64,000 nucleotides of DNA from a virus: positions 1 to 64,000 of IMG/VR virus record IMGVR_UViG_3300006076_000003; one strand, 5' to 3'. The position numbers and the translations under genes were made by a program. The notes beneath the pieces are model-generated. The model did no database searches, was not told where the DNA came from, and was given only the letters and a program-made list of their open reading frames with translations. Every line of letters starts with the position of its first letter. Position 1 is the stretch's first letter. Of the stretch, positions 27,838 to 36,986 are shown in pieces.

Positions 27838-29925
27838 CTATGCTTGCATAAAGTTATCTCCTATAATTAATTTAGTCTCTTGTTTATCAGGTCGTAGACT
27901 TGCGACCTCTTCTGCTGTTAATTTGTCACGGCTCATAGATTTTAATGCCATTAACATTGCTTCCTGCTCCCAAGCATCCAGTAAATCTTGTTTTCCTACT
28001 CGAAGCAATCCTTCCTGAAGCATTCCACATGCCCCATCATTATCGTGTATAAATATTGCTGACCCACCAAGTTCAGCAACATAATCTATTTTAGCTCTAA
28101 CAGCTACAGCATCATCTGCATGTGTTGCATTTGCTAAAGCTCCACTCATTTTAACTTTAGATTCAACATCTTGTTTATCGCCTCTTCCTTTGATTACTGA
28201 GACTGCTGGCACATATTTACCATTGTTTAAGATAAATAGCAATGGCATATGTCTAACAATACTCATAGACTTTAGGTTGTCATAACCCAACTTTTCATTG
28301 AACGATCTTCCTTCCTCATCACTTGAGATGTAGAATACCTTAGATTGGTATCCTTCTAAATAAGCAATTGATCTGGCTGGAAAACCATCCCTTGTCATGA
28401 TGTTTAACTCTGAGTACTCATTGTTATAAAATGAGTTCCCTATCTTGTTATACAGGTGGAATAATTCACCTGTATCTCCATATACTTCTTTAACAATCTT
28501 GAGATATACCTCCTCTGTTAGATTTATTTCCTCACTATGTGCTTCTAAGAAGTACTGTTCAGCCTTCTTAACAGCAGATTTAGGTGATACCCCAGCAGTA
28601 ATTGATTGTGATACTGCTTTCTTGATATCATCCCTTGTTGCTGATAGATTTGTTATTTTATTAAATGCTTTAGTAAGCTCCTTGTGTGGATCCATAACTG
28701 ATTTGTAGTCAAGTAGATTACATATTCTTAAAGCTTTACGCTCTTTACTAAGTCCAGCAGCAAACCTTATTGCTCCTGAGTTGGTGTAATCTGTGAACAG
28801 GTATGTTGCATTTGGTGTGCCACTTAAGTAATCATAATATGCTTGTACTACTCGCTTATGATAAAGCTCCTCTAAATAGCCATTAGCCGATTTTAAAAAT
28901 TTGCTAATGTTTTTATCAACATCCTTTTCAAACTCTGCTATTGCATTGTTTGGGTTCAACCTTTTAAGAGTTGACATAATTACAAATACAATATATTTGT
29001 AATCTAACTCATTTAATACTCTAGGCTTAAAACTCTCCCACATATATTTACCTATCTTTGTTTGTGGGTTTAATAAAGGATTTGGTGATGTATAATAAAC
29101 CCTTCCCCTGTAATCATATGCTGTCTCTATAAACAAGGGAAAGTTTCCACTTTCTTGTTTATTTTTTAATTCTACCAATGCTTTAATATACCTTTTGTAA
29201 TTTTGTTTTAATTTGTCTAACCTATCTTTGATTAGCAATCTCCTTTCAAGATTGCTGTATTTTCTTGTTTTAGATAAAAATTTGCCTTCTTTAACAGCTA
29301 TATATTCTTTGCTGGTCAGCAAATATTTATACAGCTTTTTAATCTCTACATCATTTACAAGACGATGTTGCATCTTGTTAGCATTTGCTAAAGTCTTTTT
29401 AGCAGCACTATTAAGTTTACGTGCTGGCATACCTGCTTTACCTGCTACTTTAGTTTTAGGCTTTTGTGGTGAAAATGTTACACCACTAGTAGCATCTTTA
29501 AGAGCTACTTCAATACTAGGGTCCCCAATAAACTTTTCAATCTTTTGGTACTGCTTGTTACGACTTCTATACACTTCAACTCTTTTATTTGGACCTACTT
29601 TCATATAAGCATTTAGCACTGCTGCTGCAATGCTTAACTTTGCATGTTCCCTCCAGTGAGGGTTGAAATCTCCTAAGCCTCTTGAGTTTAGCCTATAAGA
29701 CAGTGCAGCAACTGCGTTATGCAGTTCAGTTTCTCTTAGATTTTCTAAGAAAGATAGGATATCTTTCTTATAGCCTCCTTTGAAAAAGATATCATAGGCA
29801 GCTACCATTGCTGCCCATTTTTCGTCTTTACCTTCTAAAGTCTTTAGAACTTTTAAATCTTCAAGAGATTTTTTGCTTTCTTTTAATTCAATATACACTT
29901 TTCTATAGATTGTTTCAGTTTTCAT
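27838..29925 (-). CDS. Single-subunit T7/N4-RNAPII-type RNA polymerase
   Basis: YDYRGRVY, motif A TDYTNSG, motif B RDDIKKAV, ANATHADDA, motif C FIHD. Confidence 0.85.
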   Translation of the reverse strand: MKTETIYRKVYIELKESKKSLEDLKVLKTLEGKDEKWAAMVAAYDIFFKGGYKKDILSFLENLRETELHNAVAALSYRLNSRGLGDFNPHWREHAKLSIAAAVLNAYMKVGPNKRVEVYRSRNKQYQKIEKFIGDPSIEVALKDATSGVTFSPQKPKTKVAGKAGMPARKLNSAAKKTLANANKMQHRLVNDVEIKKLYKYLLTSKEYIAVKEGKFLSKTRKYSNLERRLLIKDRLDKLKQNYKRYIKALVELKNKQESGNFPLFIETAYDYRGRVYYTSPNPLLNPQTKIGKYMWESFKPRVLNELDYKYIVFVIMSTLKRLNPNNAIAEFEKDVDKNISKFLKSANGYLEELYHKRVVQAYYDYLSGTPNATYLFTDYTNSGAIRFAAGLSKERKALRICNLLDYKSVMDPHKELTKAFNKITNLSATRDDIKKAVSQSITAGVSPKSAVKKAEQYFLEAHSEEINLTEEVYLKIVKEVYGDTGELFHLYNKIGNSFYNNEYSELNIMTRDGFPARSIAYLEGYQSKVFYISSDEEGRSFNEKLGYDNLKSMSIVRHMPLLFILNNGKYVPAVSVIKGRGDKQDVESKVKMSGALANATHADDAVAVRAKIDYVAELGGSAIFIHDNDGACGMLQEGLLRVGKQDLLDAWEQEAMLMALKSMSRDKLTAEEVASLRPDKQETKLIIGDNFMQA

Positions 29926-29959
29926 TTTGAACTCCTATAATTAATTTTTTTTTGTTCAA

Positions 29960-30073
29960 CGTACCTTTGTTTAAGCAGTTGGTCTGCTCTTGTTAACTAA
30001 CAACTAACCCACCATTAAGTACTCCATTGAGTACTTAAGGATGAGTGAACAGTTTATAGTCTTGTTCAGGACT
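29960..30073 (-). ncRNA. Structured leader of RNAP gene: pseudoknot copy 2, long hairpin, ACCAA-loop element
   Basis: AGTC-CTGAACAA-GACT-ATAAAC-TGTTCA; hairpin 30008-30045; AGCAG-ACCAA-CTGCT..GGTACG. Confidence 0.65.
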
Positions 30074-30089
30074 AAGGCAGATCTTAGAG

Positions 30090-30599
30090 CTATTCAATCC
30101 TAAAATCTACCATGGGAACTTCTAATCCCTTAGCAGCTAATGCTGCTAAGGTTAATATTCCTTCTTTGGCAATCCCCTTCCTTTCATATTCCCTTATTTC
30201 AAGTGTTGTCTCTCTATCAATTATTTGTTGTACAAATTCTCTATATAATAGAGAGACTATTAAGTATTTGGATATATCCTCCTGTATCCTACTATACTTT
30301 GATTCTACTTTAGTTTGTAGGACTATTTTATCTCTTTTAATCTCTAATAGGGAAATTGATATGTCTGCATACATGTCTTTATTATTAATTCCTGCTTTTG
30401 TGATTCTTTCCTCAGGAGCCTCTGACTCCCAACCAAATACTCTACGTTCTCCTTTTACCCATCCTTTACTTATAAGCCAATACTTAAATGTATGGTTATT
30501 CAAAACTTCAGACATTTCTGCGTACTCTTTGTATGCTTCTCTATTTGCAAGGCCACCTAATTTTTTGTGTCCGTAAAATTCAATTGTTAAAGTTTTCAT
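30090..30599 (-). CDS. Hypothetical early protein
   Basis: AAGGAG RBS, 169 aa. Confidence 0.65.
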   Translation of the reverse strand: MKTLTIEFYGHKKLGGLANREAYKEYAEMSEVLNNHTFKYWLISKGWVKGERRVFGWESEAPEERITKAGINNKDMYADISISLLEIKRDKIVLQTKVESKYSRIQEDISKYLIVSLLYREFVQQIIDRETTLEIREYERKGIAKEGILTLAALAAKGLEVPMVDFRIE

Positions 30600-30629
30600 A
30601 ATGTTCTCCTTAAATTAATTTATTATGAG

Positions 30630-30748
30630 CGTACCTTTTTAAAAGAGTTGGTCTCTTTTCTATTGAACAATTAAACTAACTACCCACCATTAAACATTCC
30701 TAAGAATGTTTAAAGATAGGTAAGCAGTTTTACAACATGCTTAGGTTG
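30630..30748 (-). ncRNA. Structured leader: pseudoknot copy 3, long hairpin, ACCAA-loop element
   Basis: CAAC-CTAAGCAT-GTTG-TAAAAC-TGCTTA; hairpin 30683-30720; AAAAGAG-ACCAA-CTCTTTT..GGTACG. Confidence 0.65.
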
Positions 30749-30754
30749 TTGTTT

Positions 30755-31096
30755 TTATTTTTGTTTTTCAATCTCCTTTTTTAATTTTGCTAGTTTAAGC
30801 TCTCTTCTGAGAGCTTCCTCTTCCTCACGAGCTGTCTTCTCTTCTTCGCTCTCCTCTAACAGAGTAGAGAACCACTCTGCTGAGTTTTTAATATGTGTTG
30901 GTGTATTACCAACAAACTCAATTGTTCTATAAGTAGCCTCTGCAGTCAATGCTGCAGTTTTAGAAATTGACGCAGTAGAGTAAACTACCGCATCGTTTAA
31001 GTCAGCTAAAGGAGTTAATCCTTTATCTGCACAATTAGACTCTACTGAGTCAACTAAATCTTCAATAAACCATTTTGCTTTTGTGAATACTTTCAT
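30755..31096 (-). CDS. First early protein (hypothetical)
   Basis: AAGGAG RBS before ATG 31096 (MKVFTKAKWF). Confidence 0.65.
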   Translation of the reverse strand: MKVFTKAKWFIEDLVDSVESNCADKGLTPLADLNDAVVYSTASISKTAALTAEATYRTIEFVGNTPTHIKNSAEWFSTLLEESEEEKTAREEEEALRRELKLAKLKKEIEKQK

Positions 31097-31118
31097 TGTA
31101 TTCTCCTTTAAATAAATT

Positions 31119-31144
31119 AGCAGTTTTACTACTTGCTTAGGTAA
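31119..31144 (-). ncRNA. Pseudoknot motif copy 4
   Basis: TTAC-CTAAGCAA-GTAG-TAAAAC-TGCT. Confidence 0.6.
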
Positions 31145-31149
31145 AATTA

Positions 31150-31420
31150 GGTACTTCAACCACCATAGGGGGGGGGTATCCCCACTTGATTGGCGTTGGA
31201 TGCACCTAACTACACACCTCACTAAAAAGAAAGAAAAAACACCTATCACCAAACCTAAAAACTGCACACTGCAAACAATTTAACATCACATGCTAAAAAA
31301 TTTTTATTTTTATTACTACTACTATTATTATTAAGTTATAAAAAGAAATATATAAGTATTTAAAGAAAAGCCCCAGCGGCTCAGCTAAAAGGACGGGTGG
31401 GGTGTTAGGCAATTTTGTTA
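31150..31420. other. Probable genome-end / terminal repeat region between divergent arms
   Basis: Strand switch, G-run followed by TATCCC at about 31168-31182, strong strand-compositional skew; lies upstream of the terminase genes as in N4. Confidence 0.45.
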
Positions 31421-31426
31421 TTGTTA

Positions 31427-31435
31427 TGCTATAAT
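31427..31435 (+). promoter_or_regulatory. Extended -10 promoter (TGnTATAAT)
   Basis: TGCTATAAT upstream of late operon. Confidence 0.55.
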
Positions 31436-31560
31436 CTACCAAAACTTAAAAATAGGCTTAAAAGTTATGTTATATTATATAGACTTTTTTTGTTTGCACT
31501 GCAATTCAACAAACAAATGCATACTAAAAGACAACATTATAAAATGTCCTTTATGCAACA

Positions 31561-32466
31561 ATGTTATATATGAAAAAGGAAAAAACAATGGCAGAAAAAA
31601 AGAAGAAAAAAGAACCCCAATATGGGACGCCAGCAAGTAGGCGTGAGAAATATGAAAACAGAATTAAAGAACAAGTTGCTTTATATAAGCCACAGATTAG
31701 TCAATTAGGTAAAGTAGCATTATCAGATAAACCTGTTGATGTTGAAGAATTACATAAAAGGTTCCCTCGTTATAAGAAGTTAATCAACCCTGAACATTCA
31801 CGTTTGCTAAATGAGTTTATGAAAGAAAAAGATTTCAATATACAAATGTTTATGGATGAACTTGTTTATTACCAAGATGTTATGGGAGAAACTAAAACAA
31901 GTATGAAGAACTATATACTTGCTGTAAGATATGTTAGCTTTCTCCCTGTTTATAAATACAATAAGACACAAACATTTAAACGTGTGTTTCCAAATAATCC
32001 TAATGTACGCAAGTGTGAAGCTTGGCTTGCTGAAGATGGTAATAAAAGAGAAGATTGTATAGATTGTAAATTTGTTTCTGCAGAGGCATCAAAATATTCT
32101 AATTCACCACTTGTACAAAAATTAATTGCTTTAAGTATGATGCCACTTGACTATATGTTAATGGGTGATCGTATTAAAATGTTAAATGTCCTAACTAAAG
32201 AAGCAATGACTGCTAAAACAAGTAGAGATAGAATTGCTGCTGCTGATAAATTCTTAACACATACAAAAACTATTGAAACAAATAAAATTACTATGGAAGA
32301 TAAAACAGGTAAAGAAATACAAAACAGTTTGCAGTCTATATTAGAAGAGAAACTTGCTGAATCTGTTAAGATGCAAAAACAAATGTTAGCTCAAGGTATG
32401 GGTATTGATGAAGTACAGAAGTTAGGGATAGAAATAACAGATGCTGAGGTAATAGAAGATGAGTGA
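31561..32466 (+). CDS. Probable terminase small subunit (N4 gp69 position)
   Basis: Directly upstream of terL; true start probably 31588. Confidence 0.55.
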   Translation: MLYMKKEKTMAEKKKKKEPQYGTPASRREKYENRIKEQVALYKPQISQLGKVALSDKPVDVEELHKRFPRYKKLINPEHSRLLNEFMKEKDFNIQMFMDELVYYQDVMGETKTSMKNYILAVRYVSFLPVYKYNKTQTFKRVFPNNPNVRKCEAWLAEDGNKREDCIDCKFVSAEASKYSNSPLVQKLIALSMMPLDYMLMGDRIKMLNVLTKEAMTAKTSRDRIAAADKFLTHTKTIETNKITMEDKTGKEIQNSLQSILEEKLAESVKMQKQMLAQGMGIDEVQKLGIEITDAEVIEDE

Positions 32467-34177
32467 ATATGAATATGTGCCTACACCATTTGATGCACAC
32501 TTAGCTTTAGAAACAATTGATTATTCATTCCCGAATTATACACCAAGTGATGATGCTTTAGAATTTTTTAATTTAATGCGATTAGTAGAAGGTAAAGACT
32601 TTGAATACAATACACCTTTATTCCACTACTTTATAATTGATGCTATTTTTGGTCATGTCAAAGCAGAGAACTTCCCATATTCTGATGAAGTTAAAAAAAC
32701 AATACACCTCAATCAACGCCGTATAGCAATTGTTGCTACACGGGGGGGAGCTAAGAGTTCTGTTGTTACAAAGTTCTTACCTCTATATCTTGCTATTAAA
32801 GGTAGAATGCCTAAGAATAAACAAAAGATAAGATTTGTTATTGGTATTGCTGCTTCTGCAGAAGGTGGTGCAAGAGTTATTAGTAAAGCATTAGGTGCTA
32901 TGATTAATGAGTCTGAGTTTTGTCAAGAGTACTTTGAATCAATTCGTATTACAGAGTCAGAAGTAGAGCTTGTTAGAAAAGGTAAAGGTAGTGCTAAAAA
33001 TAGAACATTCCTCATGAGAAACATGGGATGGGCTGGAGGAATACGTGGTATCAGGGATTCCTATGGTGAAAGACCTGATATGGCATTACTAGATGACATC
33101 ATTCCCAACTCTGCTGCTGCTCATTCTGAAACACAGATGGATCAACTAAATACTATCGTACAATCTGATATTTTAAATGCTTTAATTGGTGGTAACAAAG
33201 GTTATGTTATATCTGTTGCTACACCATTCACAGAAAATGATGTTGTCTGGAAAACATTAACAAGTGGTGTTTATACTCCTTTGATATTCCCCATTTGTGA
33301 AAAGATTGATGAACATATGACACCTGATGAAATTGTTAGTATATGGCCTGCTATGCACCCCCCTCAAGCAATTTATGAGCAATACATTGCTGCTAAAATG
33401 AGTGGTAACTTACAATCATTTATGCAAGAACGTATGTTACGTATCACAAGTGAAGAAGATAGATTAATACCAGAACATATGCTATCTTGGTATGACAATA
33501 GAAATTTAATACTAAAAAATATACACAATTTTACTGTTATCATTACAACAGACTTTACTGCAGGTAATACTAAAAAAGGTGATTATTCAGGTATTGCTGT
33601 TTGGGCTATAAATGTTAATGATGATAAATTTTTAGTAGATTTGTTTTTACAAAAATGTACTATACAAGAACAATATGATGCTTTGTTTAATTTTGTACAA
33701 AAGTGGGGTACTGCTGGTACTACATTAGAAGTTGGTGTTGAGATAGATGGGCAACAACAATTAAACATTAATAGACTTGAAGCAATGATGATAGAGCGTA
33801 ATGTATGGTTTAGATTTGCAAGACAAAAAGGTAAACCTGCTTCACAAACTGGTATTAGAACAAGTGGTATGAAAAATAAGTTAGAAAGATTAAGAGCAAC
33901 TATACCAGATTTTGAAATGCATAGGATAAAGTTCCCAAGAGAATTACAAGATACAGCAGAAATGAAAGAATTATTGAGTGAAATTCGTAAAACAAATACA
34001 TCAATTATAACAAGTGTACATGATGATGGTTTAGATCTAATATCACAATTAATGTTAATTGATTATCCTAAAGCAAGTACTTCTATAAGTAGTCCTGATA
34101 CAATAGAAGGTTGGGACATTGACTCACTATCAAATGAAAATGATGAGGAGTATAGTAGAAGTTCAGTAATATTTTGA
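32459..34177 (+). CDS. terL: Terminase large subunit
   Basis: ATRGGAKSS Walker A, GIRG..RPD..LLDD Walker B, TTDFT..DYS and HDDGLD nuclease motifs. Confidence 0.92.
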   Translation: MSEYEYVPTPFDAHLALETIDYSFPNYTPSDDALEFFNLMRLVEGKDFEYNTPLFHYFIIDAIFGHVKAENFPYSDEVKKTIHLNQRRIAIVATRGGAKSSVVTKFLPLYLAIKGRMPKNKQKIRFVIGIAASAEGGARVISKALGAMINESEFCQEYFESIRITESEVELVRKGKGSAKNRTFLMRNMGWAGGIRGIRDSYGERPDMALLDDIIPNSAAAHSETQMDQLNTIVQSDILNALIGGNKGYVISVATPFTENDVVWKTLTSGVYTPLIFPICEKIDEHMTPDEIVSIWPAMHPPQAIYEQYIAAKMSGNLQSFMQERMLRITSEEDRLIPEHMLSWYDNRNLILKNIHNFTVIITTDFTAGNTKKGDYSGIAVWAINVNDDKFLVDLFLQKCTIQEQYDALFNFVQKWGTAGTTLEVGVEIDGQQQLNINRLEAMMIERNVWFRFARQKGKPASQTGIRTSGMKNKLERLRATIPDFEMHRIKFPRELQDTAEMKELLSEIRKTNTSIITSVHDDGLDLISQLMLIDYPKASTSISSPDTIEGWDIDSLSNENDEEYSRSSVIF

Positions 34178-34233
34178 TAATCCTAAAAATTTTTGTATAA
34201 TAGCTCTAAACTAATATGTTGGAGTTATGATTA

Positions 34234-34860
34234 ATGACATTAAATGAATTAATTACAATTCTTAAGAAATCTGAGTTAAAACAGCTTTCAATTGTGGACG
34301 ATAATGAAGCAATTGTTGGTTTGATTAATTTAGGTTTAATAGAGTTGTATAAACGTTTTCCTATAAAAACAAGAGAATTTTTAATTACTCCAGACGGTAC
34401 AACAACTACATTTACATTACCTGCTGATTGTATGTGGATTCTACAAGCATTTAGAGAGGCAGATAGTAATGAAAATAAACCAATAAATTTACCCATTAAT
34501 GATGATGAAAATCCTTTAAGTATTAATACTATTAGTTGGAATGAGGTTCAAATACCTTTAGCTGTTAAAGATGTAACAATTAGTATAATATACTCAGCAG
34601 CACCAGTGCTATTTGTGTATGATGCCAATGACAATAGTTACTTAGATATTGAAATACCTTTACCAATGCAAATGATTGAGCCTTTGGTAGAATTTGTTGG
34701 TTATAAAGCAAATGCTACTGTATCAGATCCAACAAATATGGAAGATGATGTAAGATATAGAAGATTTGAAGCAAGCTGTGAAAGAGTTACATTGTTTAGT
34801 ATGTATAACACACAAGGACTTCAATTAACAAATAAATTCTACAATAGGGGATTTGCATAA
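34234..34860 (+). CDS. Head-tail adaptor-like virion protein (N4 gp67-like)
   Basis: INLGLIELYKRF motif; position after terL. Confidence 0.65.
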   Translation: MTLNELITILKKSELKQLSIVDDNEAIVGLINLGLIELYKRFPIKTREFLITPDGTTTTFTLPADCMWILQAFREADSNENKPINLPINDDENPLSINTISWNEVQIPLAVKDVTISIIYSAAPVLFVYDANDNSYLDIEIPLPMQMIEPLVEFVGYKANATVSDPTNMEDDVRYRRFEASCERVTLFSMYNTQGLQLTNKFYNRGFA

Positions 34861-35258
34861 TGTATGCTTCAAGTTTAAATGCTAATGGCTTGCTTAGTAA
34901 AGAAATGCGTGATTTAGAGTCTAAGTATGATGTTATTAAAGCTGTTAAAGATAAATTACCAGATATTGATAAAATTAACTCTGAAGATATCGATGGGTTA
35001 ATAAATTCTTTAAATGATGCTAAAGACTTTACAGGTATTAATGTTGTTGCTGGTGATTCAGCTTCATTTGATCCTGATACTAAAACAATTACAGTTCCTA
35101 CTATTAAAGGTGATACTGGGCCTCAAGGACAAGCTGGTATAAATGGTAAAGATGGGATTGATGGTAGAAATGGCCTTGATGGTAAAACACCAATAATTGC
35201 CTTCAGTTATAATGCCACTACTGGTGATTTAGAATATGAGGTAACAGGATATGAATAA
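34860..35258 (+). CDS. Collagen-repeat virion protein
   Basis: GXY repeats KGDTGPQGQAGINGKDGIDGRNGLDGK. Confidence 0.7.
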   Translation: MYASSLNANGLLSKEMRDLESKYDVIKAVKDKLPDIDKINSEDIDGLINSLNDAKDFTGINVVAGDSASFDPDTKTITVPTIKGDTGPQGQAGINGKDGIDGRNGLDGKTPIIAFSYNATTGDLEYEVTGYE

Positions 35259-36571
35259 TGGCTAAACAAGCAATTACAAATTTAGATGATGTTGTAACTA
35301 CTTCAGTCAATAATAATGCAAAATTTGGTGAGAAGATGGCAGAAATTAATGATGCCAAGACTGATGTAATTAATACTGCTGACCAAAAGAAATTAGAAAT
35401 AGAGGCATCTGGTAATGATGCTGTTGCACAAGCAACTGCAAAGGCAGATGAAGCTAATGCTTCTGCTCAAGAAGCTAATGATAAGCTAATACAAACTACT
35501 GATTTAAGAGATGCTGTTGCTACTGATAGACTTGCTGTCTTACAAGCAAAAGCTGATACATTGACTGCACAAGATCAAACTAATATTTATAAAAATGATG
35601 TTGTTGATAAATATACTAAAATAGTTGCTATCGAGAGTAATGTAGAATCTATTGAAGATAATGTTGAAGCAATTAATTTAGAAGTAATACGTAATCGTGA
35701 TAGAGCTGAGAATGCTACTACATTAGTAACAACTAAGTATTTAGGCTCATTTGACACAGCTCCTACCAAAGACTATTATAATAACCCAATAAACGAAGGT
35801 GCTTTATATTGGGATAACACAACAGATAATTTAATGTTGTTTAGAAATAATGTATGGGTTGGACTTGATTTATCATCTGTACTACAAATTAAAAACAATT
35901 TAGCAGATTTAACTGATAAACAAGCAGCAAGAGATGTATTAGAGGTAGAAACAAGTAATCAATTAAACGATAGAGATACTGCTAATAGAGATAGAGCAAA
36001 TCATACTGGTACTCAAGATTATTCTACAATTACTGAAACAGACGATGTTAAACATTATGTTACTGCTGACAAAACAAAAGTAGACCATATAACTGTTGAT
36101 AATGAGGTTGATTTAGATAATGTTGTTGATAGAATTAGCACTATTGAAGATATGAAAGATACTGATGTTGATTTAGCAGCAAATAGTGATGATAAATATG
36201 CTACTCAAAAAGCAATTAAATCTTATGTTGATACTCAAATTGCTAACACAGTAGCAAGTGAAATGTCCTATAAAGGTGGTTATGATGCTGACGCTAATTC
36301 ACCAAATTTAGATGATAATCCTGATACAGGTACTATTGCTAAAGGTGACATGTATACTGTAACTGTTGCTGGTGTATTTTACTCAATTGATGTTGCAGTC
36401 GGTGATGTATTAATTGCTAATGTAGATGATGCTGATAGTGAATCTGATTGGACTATTGTTAATAGAAATATACTTGAAGTGGCTACTGAAATAAATGTTG
36501 ATACAAGCGGTAATCTAACTGAAGCAAATGTGCAAGCTGAGTTAGAAAAAATTGAAAAAGGAGATTGGTAA
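35258..36571 (+). CDS. Tail fibre-like protein
   Basis: Coiled-coil N-half; YLG..PT.D..GALYW, NNLADL, RANHTGTQ, YKG.YDA..GD fibre motifs. Confidence 0.75.
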   Translation: MAKQAITNLDDVVTTSVNNNAKFGEKMAEINDAKTDVINTADQKKLEIEASGNDAVAQATAKADEANASAQEANDKLIQTTDLRDAVATDRLAVLQAKADTLTAQDQTNIYKNDVVDKYTKIVAIESNVESIEDNVEAINLEVIRNRDRAENATTLVTTKYLGSFDTAPTKDYYNNPINEGALYWDNTTDNLMLFRNNVWVGLDLSSVLQIKNNLADLTDKQAARDVLEVETSNQLNDRDTANRDRANHTGTQDYSTITETDDVKHYVTADKTKVDHITVDNEVDLDNVVDRISTIEDMKDTDVDLAANSDDKYATQKAIKSYVDTQIANTVASEMSYKGGYDADANSPNLDDNPDTGTIAKGDMYTVTVAGVFYSIDVAVGDVLIANVDDADSESDWTIVNRNILEVATEINVDTSGNLTEANVQAELEKIEKGDW

Positions 36572-36978
36572 TGGCTGGTATAGCTAAAGTAGTACCAAGT
36601 GGTTCAAAACCATCACAACCTCTATTAGAAAAAGAGATTGGTTATGATACAGATGGTAATGAATTATATATTGGTAGCGGAAGTGGTACAGCAGATGGTA
36701 ACACAGATGCTATTGATGCTAATGAAGTAAGAGTTACGAGAAATAAAGAATTAAATGAGTTAACTGATAGAGTTGAAGATTTAAAAACAGAGTCAGCATC
36801 TGCCACTGCTGATGGTGATGAAACAACCATTGATATTAAAAATAGAGATAACTCACCTTTATCAATTTATTTAAATGGTATTTTAAATAATGAAACTTTA
36901 AAAAGTAGAACAACAACATCAGTTACTGTTAATACAAGTGATGGTGATGAAGTTTATGTTGTTGCACATAATGGATAG
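36571..36978 (+). CDS. Tail-associated protein
   Basis: LLEKEIGYDTDGNELYIG fibre N-terminal motif; start at ATG 36571. Confidence 0.6.
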   Translation: MAGIAKVVPSGSKPSQPLLEKEIGYDTDGNELYIGSGSGTADGNTDAIDANEVRVTRNKELNELTDRVEDLKTESASATADGDETTIDIKNRDNSPLSIYLNGILNNETLKSRTTTSVTVNTSDGDEVYVVAHNG

Positions 36979-36986
36979 GAGATAAT

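Noticed and set aside
641-30576. Antisense ORFs (e.g. 641, 1209, 18609, 29213, 30112) and minus-strand ORFs in the late arm
   Set aside because: Shadows of well-supported opposite-strand genes; no RBS or motifs
31097-31267. N-terminal extension of ORF 30755..31267
   Set aside because: Strong RBS at ATG 31096; the extension crosses pseudoknot copy 4 and the G-run
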